Source: Moraxella nasovis (GTDB lineage: Bacteria; Pseudomonadota; Gammaproteobacteria; Pseudomonadales; Moraxellaceae). Taken from it: DNA of 32,000 nt. The DNA lies in assembly GCF_022701215.1 (NCBI RefSeq), contig NZ_CP089976.1, forward strand, positions 1,260,001 to 1,292,000, in the 5' to 3' direction. Made by a program: the position numbers and the translations under genes. Positions 11,631 to 19,147 of this stretch are shown in pieces; the stretch's first letter is position 1; each line of letters begins with the position of its first letter. The notes under the pieces are model-generated. The model made no database searches. It had not been told where the DNA came from and saw only the letters and a list, made by a program, of their open reading frames with translations.

Positions 11631-12584
11631 ATGGTAAATTTGGTAGAAAATGCAAAGCGTATCGCAGTGCTTTTTCCAGGTCAAGGCTCACAGGCAGTAG
11701 GGATGATGAATGAACTTGCCGAGCAGTTTGATGTTGTGCGTCAGACCTTTGATGAGGCAAGCGAGGCTTTAGGGTTTGATTTATGGGAAGTAACCCAAGA
11801 CGAATCACGCCTACATAAGACCGAGTTTACGCAGCCTGCACTGCTTGCAGCAAGTATTGCCATTTGGCGAATCATCAGCCCAAAGCTTGCCGAGAAAGGA
11901 CTTGAGCCTTTATATTTGGCAGGTCATAGTTTAGGCGAGTATTCAGCATTAGCAGCAAGTGGCGTACTAAGTCTTGGCGATGCTGTAGTGCTTGTACACG
12001 AACGTGGTAAGCTGATGAGTCAGGCGGTTATCGGTATGGATACGCAGATGGCGGCGGTTTTGGGGTTAGAAGATGAGCAGGTGGCAAGCCTGTGCGAAGA
12101 AGCAAGCCATAACACAGGTAGTGTTGATCCCGCTAACTTTAACAGCCCAGGTCAGGTGGTTGTAGCAGGTACGCAGCTTGGTGTGTCAGCTGTGATAACA
12201 GCAGCACAAGCCCTTGGCAAAAAAGCCGTCCCCCTAAAGGTATCTGTACCGTCTCATTGCCAATTAATGGATTCTGCTAGTGAAGCCTTGGCTGATTTAT
12301 TAGCTAAGACTAAATTTACAATACCAGCCATTCCAGTAATTCAAAATCGCCATGCTAAGATTCATACAAGCCTTGATGATATTAAAACTGCCTTAGCTGA
12401 GCAGCTGTCTAAGCCAGTTCAATGGGCAAAGACGATGGATAAATTAGCAAACGCAGAGATTGATTTGGTAATCGAATGTGGACCGGGTAATGTCCTATCT
12501 AATTTGGCTAAGCGTCAAGCCAGCTCAATAGCAGCACTGCCAAGCGATAAGCTTGATCGCTTGGAGAAGATTGAGGCATTATAA
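11631..12584 (+). CDS. fabD: Malonyl-CoA:ACP transacylase
   Basis: The 317-aa product has the FPGQGSQ motif and the active-site GHSLGEYSAL motif. It sits in the fabD-fabG-acpP context. Confidence 0.93.
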   Translation: MVNLVENAKRIAVLFPGQGSQAVGMMNELAEQFDVVRQTFDEASEALGFDLWEVTQDESRLHKTEFTQPALLAASIAIWRIISPKLAEKGLEPLYLAGHSLGEYSALAASGVLSLGDAVVLVHERGKLMSQAVIGMDTQMAAVLGLEDEQVASLCEEASHNTGSVDPANFNSPGQVVVAGTQLGVSAVITAAQALGKKAVPLKVSVPSHCQLMDSASEALADLLAKTKFTIPAIPVIQNRHAKIHTSLDDIKTALAEQLSKPVQWAKTMDKLANAEIDLVIECGPGNVLSNLAKRQASSIAALPSDKLDRLEKIEAL

Positions 12585-12614
12585 GTTTAACCTAAATAAA
12601 ATAAAAGGTGAGTT

Positions 12615-13343
12615 ATGAGTAGAAAGATTGTTTTAGTGACAGGTGCAAGTCGTGGTATCGGACGTGCGATCGCCTTACGTTTCGCTAATGAAGGCTGTTT
12701 TGTGATTGGAACTGCCACGAGTGAAAAAGGGGCAGAAGCGATTAGCGAATATCTAGGCGAGTTTGGCGGTATGGGACGTGTTCTTGATGTCAGCAGTAAT
12801 GAATCTGTAGATAAGCTGTTTGAAGAGATTGACAGTGTTTATGGTGCACTTAATGTGCTTGTAAATAACGCAGGCATTACCAAAGACGGCCTACTGATGC
12901 GTATGAAAGATGAGGATTGGGCAGAAGTGATGGACACTAATTTAAGCTCAGTTTATCGTACCAGTCGCCGTGCTGTGCGTGGCATGATGAAAGCTCGCCA
13001 TGGTCGCATCATCAACATCAGTTCTGTGGTCGGTCAAATGGGCAACGCAGGTCAGTCTAACTATGCAGCAAGCAAGGCAGGTATGGAAGGCTTTAGCCGA
13101 GCATTAGCACGTGAAATCGGTTCTCGTGGCGTTACGGTGAACTGTGTCGCTCCTGGATTTGTGGAAACAGATATGACCGAAGAGCTAGACGAGCGTCTGA
13201 TTAATTCCATGCTAGATGCTGTACCGCTTGGGCGCATGGCTCAGCCAGAAGAAATCGCCGCCGCTGTTACTTTTTTGGCAAGTGATGAGGCAAGCTATAT
13301 TACTGGTGCTGTCTTGGCAGTAAATGGCGGTATGTATATGTAA
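12615..13343 (+). CDS. fabG: 3-oxoacyl-ACP reductase
   Basis: The 242-aa SDR has the TGASRGIG cofactor motif, NNAG and the YAASKAG catalytic motif. Confidence 0.93.
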   Translation: MSRKIVLVTGASRGIGRAIALRFANEGCFVIGTATSEKGAEAISEYLGEFGGMGRVLDVSSNESVDKLFEEIDSVYGALNVLVNNAGITKDGLLMRMKDEDWAEVMDTNLSSVYRTSRRAVRGMMKARHGRIINISSVVGQMGNAGQSNYAASKAGMEGFSRALAREIGSRGVTVNCVAPGFVETDMTEELDERLINSMLDAVPLGRMAQPEEIAAAVTFLASDEASYITGAVLAVNGGMYM

Positions 13344-13373
13344 TCTGTATTGACAGATAAGCCAATACAGATT
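13342..13373 (+). other. Perfect 11-bp stem hairpin directly after the fabG stop
   Basis: The sequence is aatctgtattg-(10 nt loop)-caatacagatt. No clear T-tract follows, so it may be an attenuator or an mRNA processing/stability element rather than a strong terminator. Confidence 0.4.
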
Positions 13374-13410
13374 AACATAAATTATTATTGTGAACATATG
13401 TACATAAAGC

Positions 13411-13439
13411 TTGCACTTTTTGGCAAATTGTTTTATGAT
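13411..13439 (+). promoter_or_regulatory. Candidate sigma70 promoter for acpP
   Basis: The sequence reads TTGCAC-N17-TATGAT and lies about 80 nt upstream of the acpP start. Confidence 0.4.
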
Positions 13440-13517
13440 AAGGGCAATTTTTAGGGCAATCCTAAGCGGTGGCTGGCATGGTGCTGGCACTGTTCATTTG
13501 AATTTAAGGAATATCAC

Positions 13518-13754
13518 ATGAGCGATATTGAAGCAAAAGTTAAAGGTGCGGTTGCTGAGCAACTTGGTTTAAATGCTGATGAAATCCAAAATGAAGCATC
13601 ATTCATGGACGACCTAGGTGCAGACTCACTAGACTTAGTTGAGCTTGTTATGGCATTTGAATCTAGCTTTGGCATCACCATCCCAGACGAAGATTCAGCT
13701 GAGCTGACTACTGTCCAAAAAGCCATCGATTATGTAACTGCAAAAGTTGCTTAA
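13518..13754 (+). CDS. acpP: Acyl carrier protein
   Basis: The 78-aa product has the DLGADSLD phosphopantetheine attachment motif. An SD (aagga) is present. Confidence 0.97.
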   Translation: MSDIEAKVKGAVAEQLGLNADEIQNEASFMDDLGADSLDLVELVMAFESSFGITIPDEDSAELTTVQKAIDYVTAKVA

Positions 13755-13764
13755 TTTTGATGAT

Positions 13765-13796
13765 AAAAAAGCCCCATGTACTGGGGTTTTTTTATT
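13765..13796 (+). terminator. Rho-independent terminator after acpP
   Basis: The sequence aaaaaagcccca-tgtac-tggggttttttt forms a GC stem followed by a T-tract. Confidence 0.65.
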
Positions 13797-13916
13797 GCGT
13801 GTTTGATTTGTAAATCTCGATTATAAATGCTAATTAGTGCTTGTATCTAATTTTGCTAATGTTCACTTTTTAAAGAATGTTGGCATTGGCTATGATAGCC
13901 ACATAAAAACTGCTAT

Positions 13917-14006
13917 AATAGTATGTTTATGAATAGTATGTTTATGAATAGTATGTTTATGAATAGTATGTTTATGAATAGTATGTTTATGAATAGTATG
14001 TTTATG
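13917..14006. repeat. Perfect tandem repeat, 6 x 15 bp (aatagtatgtttatg)
   Basis: The repeat was read directly from the sequence. It is six identical head-to-tail units, 76 nt upstream of the hemA ATG. A TATAAT hexamer (13914-13919) overlaps the first unit. Confidence 0.97.
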
Positions 14007-14081
14007 GTCAGATCTATTTTGCAGCAGTAAATAAGCTGTTGATGGATTGACTTTGCGTATTTTAGACTTGGTTAGGTTTTG

Positions 14082-15425
14082 ATGAAATTAGCGGTGATCG
14101 GCATCAATCATAAAACAGCCCCTGTGTCATTACGGGAGAAGCTGTCTTTTGGTGCGGATATGCCTAAAGCCATCAAGCAGCTAAGCAGCATTAGCGATGG
14201 ATGTGCTATTGTCTCAACTTGCAACCGCAGTGAGCTATATTTTGGTATCGGTTCTGATGTAGCAAGCGAGAATGATAAGTTAAGTGATGATTTGATTTAT
14301 GCTTCGCAGATTCACCAAGTGCTGGTATGGTTTGCCCAATCAAAAGGTGTTAATCTTGATGACATCAAGCCATATCTGTATATCTATGAGAGCGTAAGAG
14401 CATTAAACCACTGGGTTCGGGTCGCTGCTGGATTAGATTCGATGATTCTAGGTGAGCCGCAGATTCTTGGTCAGATTCGCCAAGCAGTAGCGTTATCTCG
14501 AGAATATGGCGGTATTAGCCCTGATTTTGGCTGGCTGACTCAGCGAGTCTTTGCCGCTGCACGGACGATTCGCCGTGATACGAAAGTAGGTCAGCAGGCG
14601 GTAACCCTTGGCTTTGCGACTGCTAAGCTTGTGACACAGATTTTTGATGAGCCAAAGAGCTTAACGCTTATGCTGGTCGCGGCAGGCGAGATGAATCGCT
14701 TGGTTGCCCATAATGTTGCCACGCTTGGCATGGGTCGCATTATCATTGCTAACCGTAGTGAGCAGCGAGCCAAAAATTTGGCAGAAGAATTATTAAAAAT
14801 GGCAAGCCAAGCGGGGCGAGCATGCGAGATTAGCGTCATTGGCTTAAGTGAGCTTGGTAGTCATTTGTGCGAGGCGGATGTGGTCAGCAGCTGCAGTGGC
14901 AGTATGGATACGCTGATTACGCTTGAGATGGCAAAATATGCCCTAAAAGTACGGCGTAATAAGCCAATGTTGATGGTGGACTTGGCAGTGCCACGAGATA
15001 TCGCACCTGCTGTCGGTTCGCTAGATGATGTGTATCTGTATTCTGTCGATGATTTGCAACACGTCATTGCAGGTAATCTACAAGAACGTAAGCAGGCTGC
15101 AGTTGAGGCGGAAATTTTAGCCAGCCAGCTTGTTGCAGGCATTGAACAGCAGTTACAAGTGCAACTGGCTCGTAACCAGATTATTGCCTATCGCCAAATT
15201 GCGAAAGCTCACCAAGCACGCCTACTCACAAAAGCGATGAGTAAGATTGATGGTGGAGAGAATATAACTGACGTATTAGAGCAGTTTGCCCATGAACTAA
15301 CGCAAGCTCTTACGCACGCACCATCTAAGATGATTCGTGATCTGGCATTACAGAATGATCCTAACAGCTTAGAGCTTGTTACCACATCCTTAAATGAAGC
15401 ATATCGCAATAAACCTAGCATTTAG
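14082..15425 (+). CDS. hemA: Glutamyl-tRNA reductase
   Basis: The product is about 447 aa. Its N-terminus is KLAVIGINHKTAPVSLREKLSF and it carries the catalytic-Cys motif STCNRSELY. The tracked ORF begins one codon earlier at a TTG. Confidence 0.93.
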   Translation: MKLAVIGINHKTAPVSLREKLSFGADMPKAIKQLSSISDGCAIVSTCNRSELYFGIGSDVASENDKLSDDLIYASQIHQVLVWFAQSKGVNLDDIKPYLYIYESVRALNHWVRVAAGLDSMILGEPQILGQIRQAVALSREYGGISPDFGWLTQRVFAAARTIRRDTKVGQQAVTLGFATAKLVTQIFDEPKSLTLMLVAAGEMNRLVAHNVATLGMGRIIIANRSEQRAKNLAEELLKMASQAGRACEISVIGLSELGSHLCEADVVSSCSGSMDTLITLEMAKYALKVRRNKPMLMVDLAVPRDIAPAVGSLDDVYLYSVDDLQHVIAGNLQERKQAAVEAEILASQLVAGIEQQLQVQLARNQIIAYRQIAKAHQARLLTKAMSKIDGGENITDVLEQFAHELTQALTHAPSKMIRDLALQNDPNSLELVTTSLNEAYRNKPSI

Positions 15426-15678
15426 AGTTTTTCATTGCATAATAAATAAAAGTCCAGTAGGTGAGTCTGAGCGGATTTTTATTTATCGTTTTTGCATGAA
15501 AATAGAGGCAAAATGAGAGAAATTTACGCATATAAACGTTAATACATTAATTAACACGTTGATAAAAAAGAAAAAATGACATAAGACTTTTGTGGAAGCG
15601 TATATTTTTGTTGATTTTTTGGCTTAAGTTTTGTAGATTGGTGATGTAATTTATTAAGCCTACAACAAGGAGTAAGTG

Positions 15679-16812
15679 ATGACAGCCCTAAGACGTGATG
15701 TTGATTCTGGTGGATTGCTAGAGTATTCGGTGGTGTATACTGATCGAGCCTTAAATCATATGTCTGCGGTATTTGGTCAGGTCATGCGAGATTTATCAAG
15801 TGAGCTAAAATCACTGTATCACGCTGACGCAGTGGCAATCATCCCAGGGTCTGGCACATCTGGCATGGAAGCGGTCGCACGGGCTTTTGGGCGTGACAAA
15901 GATTGCGTCATTGTGCGAAATGGGTGGTTTAGCTATCGCTGGACGCAGATTTTAGATGCCATAGATTTGGCTAAATCAAGCCAAGTTTTTTGTGCTAAAC
16001 AAGCACAAAATGCAAGCGAAGAACCAACGTTTGCCCCTGCCGATATCAAAGAAGTATCTGACTTTATCAGAAAGCATCGCCCTAAGGTGGTCTTTGCTCC
16101 ACACGTCGAGACAGCGTCTGGCATGATGCTAAGCGATGAGTACATTGAGCAGCTTGCCTGTGCGGTGCATGAGGTTGGTGGGTTATTGGTGATTGATAGT
16201 ATTGCATCAGGCTGTATGTGGCTTGATATGAAAAAGCTTGGCATTGATGTGCTGATTAGTGCTCCCCAAAAAGGGTTATCTAGCACGCCTTGTGCCGCTC
16301 TTGTGCTGATGAATGACTTGGCGGTAACAAGACTGGCAGACAGTAAGCCATCAAGTTTTGCTTTAGATTTACAGGCGTGGCTAAACATTATGCGTGCTTA
16401 TGAAGAGGGTGGGCATGCTTATTATGCTACGATGCCTACAGATGGGCTAAAGCAGCTAAGAGATGCGTTATTTGAGGCTAAGGCGGTTGGTTATGACGCC
16501 CTAAGATCTGCCCAAAAACAGCTTGGTCAGCAGATTTTAGCTATTCTTCAGGATAAGGGTATACAAAGCGTCGCCGATCCAAACTATCAGGCTTTTGGTG
16601 TGGTGGTGTGCCATGCACCCAGTGAGGCAGTACATAAGGGAGTAGCATTCGCCGAGCAGGGTTTACAAATTGCAGCAGGCACACCATTGCAAGTGGGTGA
16701 GCCAAGCGATTATCAGAGCTTTCGCATTGGGCTATTTGGGCTTGACAAGCTGACGGATGTTGATGGTACGGCTACCCGCTTTAAGCAAGCAGCAGATAAA
16801 GTATTTGGGTAA
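15679..16812 (+). CDS. Class-V (AGXT/PhnW-like) PLP-dependent aminotransferase
   Basis: The product is about 377 aa. It has a PGSGTSGMEA glycine-rich loop and a SAPQKGL candidate PLP-lysine motif. An SD (aaggag) lies 6 nt upstream of ATG 15679. The substrate is unknown. Confidence 0.78.
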   Translation: MTALRRDVDSGGLLEYSVVYTDRALNHMSAVFGQVMRDLSSELKSLYHADAVAIIPGSGTSGMEAVARAFGRDKDCVIVRNGWFSYRWTQILDAIDLAKSSQVFCAKQAQNASEEPTFAPADIKEVSDFIRKHRPKVVFAPHVETASGMMLSDEYIEQLACAVHEVGGLLVIDSIASGCMWLDMKKLGIDVLISAPQKGLSSTPCAALVLMNDLAVTRLADSKPSSFALDLQAWLNIMRAYEEGGHAYYATMPTDGLKQLRDALFEAKAVGYDALRSAQKQLGQQILAILQDKGIQSVADPNYQAFGVVVCHAPSEAVHKGVAFAEQGLQIAAGTPLQVGEPSDYQSFRIGLFGLDKLTDVDGTATRFKQAADKVFG

Positions 16813-16824
16813 TTTAATTTACGA

Positions 16825-16852
16825 AAAACCCTTAGATTTAACTAAGGGTTTT
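16825..16852 (+). terminator. Rho-independent terminator after the aminotransferase gene
   Basis: The sequence is aaaacccttag-atttaa-ctaagggtttt. Confidence 0.6.
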
Positions 16853-16882
16853 ACAAATTATCAAACCAATTATATTATTAAA

Positions 16883-17593
16883 GGGGCTGTACTAGATTAA
16901 CCTTAAATCCCACACCACTTCCTAAGCACTTTAAGCTGATTAAAGCTAAACCATAGTTAAATCTAAACTTCCGTCTTTGATAAAAAGATGAATGTTTTTC
17001 TTGCCAATACCGTTGTATTTTCTCAAAATACGCTTAGCTTGAGACCAGAAGTTTTCTTGTACTTTGATGTGATTGGCTCTGTTTTTTTGTTTGTAAACTC
17101 TTTTGAATGGTTTATTCTAAAATGCTTAAAACACTCACATCTAAGGCATTATAGCTTTTATAACTATCCGTATAAACAATACTATCAGGCTTGATTTTAT
17201 TAGTGATGATGGGTATGAGCGTTGTTTGTTCGGTATCTTTTACAACTATGGTATAAACCCTACTATTTCTCTTTAAAAGACCAAATACAGCGGTTTTACT
17301 CCACGACAACGCTTGCCTTTACGAACACCACCAAAATAACTTTCATCAAGCTCTATTTTACCATCAAAGCGTGTTTGAGCTTCTAGGTTAAGATGGTATT
17401 GTATCAAAGTTAAGATTTTATGGTAAAATAACGCTGCTTAAGTTTGGGTGAATTTCAAGTAAATCACTGGCTGTTCTAGCAGTAACTTGGGCGATAAAAA
17501 ATTCAAGTAGCTTTAACTGAACTTTTTTAGTAGTTTACAACGAGTTATCTTCATTTTTGTCGTATAGCATGGTTGCTAATCTACGTCAGCCCC
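16883..17593 (-). mobile_element. Decayed IS1595-family element (IS1016-group-like, 711 bp), copy 1
   Basis: The imperfect terminal inverted repeats are GGGGCTGTACTAGATTA and GGGGCTGACGTAGATTA (14 of 17 match). The minus-strand translation gives MKITRCKLLKK..., ...AVFGLLKRNSRVYTIVVKD...KIKPDSIVYTDSYKSYNALDVS... and ...FRFN. These are typical of IS1016-type DDE transposases but are broken by several frameshifts and stops. I found no flanking target-site duplication. Confidence 0.85.
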
Positions 17594-17608
17594 TAAAAAT
17601 TAAAAAAA

Positions 17609-17779
17609 TTACCTACCAAAAATCAATTTTAAAATAGCCCGTCCAAGCTTTCTTTCCCACCCGCCACGAGTGGTTGGCACGCCAAGTTTATTGGCAATTT
17701 TTAGCCTCAACCCTGTTAAGCCAACCAATCGTTTCCATGAAAAAGAAAAACCTGTGCCTTTTAATAATTTCTTACTCAT
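17609..17779 (-). CDS. Untracked small ORF encoding a 56-aa highly basic peptide (hypothetical)
   Basis: Hand translation gives MSKKLLKGTGFSFSWKRLVGLTGLRLKIANKLGVPTTRGGWERKLGRAILKLIFGR. It starts 11 nt after the stop of the H1-like gene on the same strand and ends 15 nt before the IS end. It has no convincing SD (only ggt), so its coding status is uncertain. Confidence 0.35.
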   Translation of the reverse strand: MSKKLLKGTGFSFSWKRLVGLTGLRLKIANKLGVPTTRGGWERKLGRAILKLIFGR

Positions 17780-17790
17780 ACCAAAAAAAA

Positions 17791-18132
17791 TTATTTTAGT
17801 AGTTTTTTGAGCAGCCGACCAATACCGCCCGTTGACTTTTCTTTTGCAGCACGAGCTTTTGCCATTTTCTCAGCCATCGCCCTACCTTCTTTGGTGCGCA
17901 AGTCCACTTTGCCGTCAGCACGTCTTTTAATGCTTGATGCGGTGGTTTTTTTGGTAGTAGAGTTACTTGCGGTTGTTTTAGTCGTTGTCCTCTTGGTAGT
18001 TGTTTTTTTGGCAGTTGTTTTGGCGGCTCGTGCTTTGGCTTGACGTGCTTTTTTGGCACGCTCTACCAATTCTTTGTATTCTTTGGTGCGTTTATCTACT
18101 TTGCCATCAGCAGTTTTTTTCAAAGTTGCCAT
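17791..18132 (-). CDS. Lys/Ala/Thr-rich hyperbasic protein, histone-H1-like (hypothetical DNA-binding)
   Basis: The 113-aa product has about 37 K+R against about 10 D+E by hand count. It has an internal repeat ADGKVDxRTKE...AKARAAK either side of a T/K-rich linker. A strong SD (aggaga) is present, and it is the fourth gene of a tightly spaced operon. Confidence 0.7.
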   Translation of the reverse strand: MATLKKTADGKVDKRTKEYKELVERAKKARQAKARAAKTTAKKTTTKRTTTKTTASNSTTKKTTASSIKRRADGKVDLRTKEGRAMAEKMAKARAAKEKSTGGIGRLLKKLLK

Positions 18133-18153
18133 AATTTTCTCCTAAATTTTAGA

Positions 18154-18570
18154 TCAATTTTCGTCTTCTTCGTATTCAATGACCAAATCGTCAACTTCAT
18201 CAACAAAATCATTAAAAATTTCACTTGCTCTATCTTCTGATACGTCCAAAATGTCGGCAAATGAAAAATAATTTGCCATTTCATCAATACTAATGACTAA
18301 ATCAGAAGCCAAAACATCAAGACAAACTAGCAATACTGCTTCTTTGTCGGTAATATTTTCGGCAGATGTGGCAAGATATTCATCAAACGCATCATCGTCT
18401 AGCATGTCAATGTGTTTGATCTCTTCGGCAACGACTGCATCCAAATCGCCAAGTCCTAGTTCGGTTGCTAATTGTGCGACACAGCTTTTGGCAATTTCGT
18501 CATATTCGCCACCATCTGCAATCACAGATGTTGCAATAAAAGGGGCAAGATTTTTGCTTGTTAGTGCCAT
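18154..18570 (-). CDS. Hyperacidic protein, possibly TerB-like (hypothetical)
   Basis: The 138-aa product has about 37 D+E against 5 K+R by hand count. Two segments (SVIADGGEYDEIAKSCVAQLATELGL and LDVLASDLVISIDEMANYFSFADILDVSEDRA) fit the TerB-type pattern xxA.aDG.i...E...l..ia..Lgl. That family call is a weak recollection. An SD (gaggt) is present. Confidence 0.65.
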   Translation of the reverse strand: MALTSKNLAPFIATSVIADGGEYDEIAKSCVAQLATELGLGDLDAVVAEEIKHIDMLDDDAFDEYLATSAENITDKEAVLLVCLDVLASDLVISIDEMANYFSFADILDVSEDRASEIFNDFVDEVDDLVIEYEEDEN

Positions 18571-18598
18571 ATTTACCTCGTTAGATTAGTTTAAAAAA

Positions 18599-19123
18599 TT
18601 AGTTCATAAAAAAATAAGCAGCTAGGGCTAGTAGGATAGCCGCCCCAATAATCCACACCCAAATTGGCATACCTGCTGACGTTTCTACTTTGGATTGTGA
18701 TTCGTATTCGTAAGTAATATCAAAGCCATTCTTGCCTTTGCAGGATTTATCCACTTGACCAAAAATTTGATATTGCAACATTTCTTGTTGTAAAATCGCT
18801 AAGCTTTCACCTGTCCACATTTTATTAAAACCAACTTTTTGACCATCACCCAAAACAAGCCATTCGCCATCTCCCACAAAGCAAGCGCTTTCTGCAATAT
18901 ACCATTTACTTCTCGGTCCATTTTTGCCTTGTTCGATCTCTTGATGGGTCAAAAAAAGTTCATCCATACCCGTATCTGGGCAGACATTTTGTTTGTAAAA
19001 TTTTGCTCTTAGTTCAGAAAGCGTTGTATTCGGGTACTTTTTTAGATAAGCGTGCATCATGCCCAGTGCGGTACGATTTTGACTTTTTCCAGTTACTGTT
19101 GCTGTTGAAATTTGCCTTGTCAT
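18599..19123 (-). CDS. Tail-anchored membrane protein, unknown function
   Basis: The 174-aa product has a soluble domain of about 145 aa and a single C-terminal TM helix (MPIWVWIIGAAILLALAAYFFMN). I recognise no named family. Confidence 0.65.
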   Translation of the reverse strand: MTRQISTATVTGKSQNRTALGMMHAYLKKYPNTTLSELRAKFYKQNVCPDTGMDELFLTHQEIEQGKNGPRSKWYIAESACFVGDGEWLVLGDGQKVGFNKMWTGESLAILQQEMLQYQIFGQVDKSCKGKNGFDITYEYESQSKVETSAGMPIWVWIIGAAILLALAAYFFMN

Positions 19124-19147
19124 TATAAGCTCTCTATTACAAATAAA

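Noticed and set aside
13212-13490. A 92-aa minus-strand ORF spans the fabG 3' end and the fabG-acpP spacer.
   Set aside because: It is antisense to fabG and crosses a hairpin and the likely acpP promoter. I see no coding features.
11269-13754. plsX, fabH and fabF are absent from the rpmF-fab cluster relative to E. coli.
   Set aside because: I believe this reduced rpmF / fabD-fabG-acpP arrangement is normal for Moraxellaceae. It is not evidence of anything unusual without a comparative check.
13917-14006. The regular short repeats could be taken for a CRISPR array.
   Set aside because: The units are directly abutting 15-bp copies with no spacers, so this is a simple tandem repeat and not a CRISPR.
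16988-17309. Two tracked ORFs lie inside IS copy 1: 16988-17194 on the plus strand and 17112-17309 on the minus strand. A third, 27611-27817, lies inside IS copy 2.
   Set aside because: The minus-strand 65-aa piece is a fragment of the disrupted transposase and is covered by the mobile-element call. The plus-strand ORF in copy 1 is an antisense shadow, and 27611-27817 in copy 2 is sense-strand transposase debris partly out of frame. None is an intact gene.
17796-18589. Alternative-frame and antisense ORFs overlap the H1-like and acidic genes (17796-18059 minus, 17807-18043 plus, 18040-18240 plus, 18293-18589 plus).
   Set aside because: They are by-products of the strongly biased codon composition (Lys/Ala/Thr or Asp/Glu runs) of the real genes. 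The chosen frames have good SDs and operon-consistent spacing.
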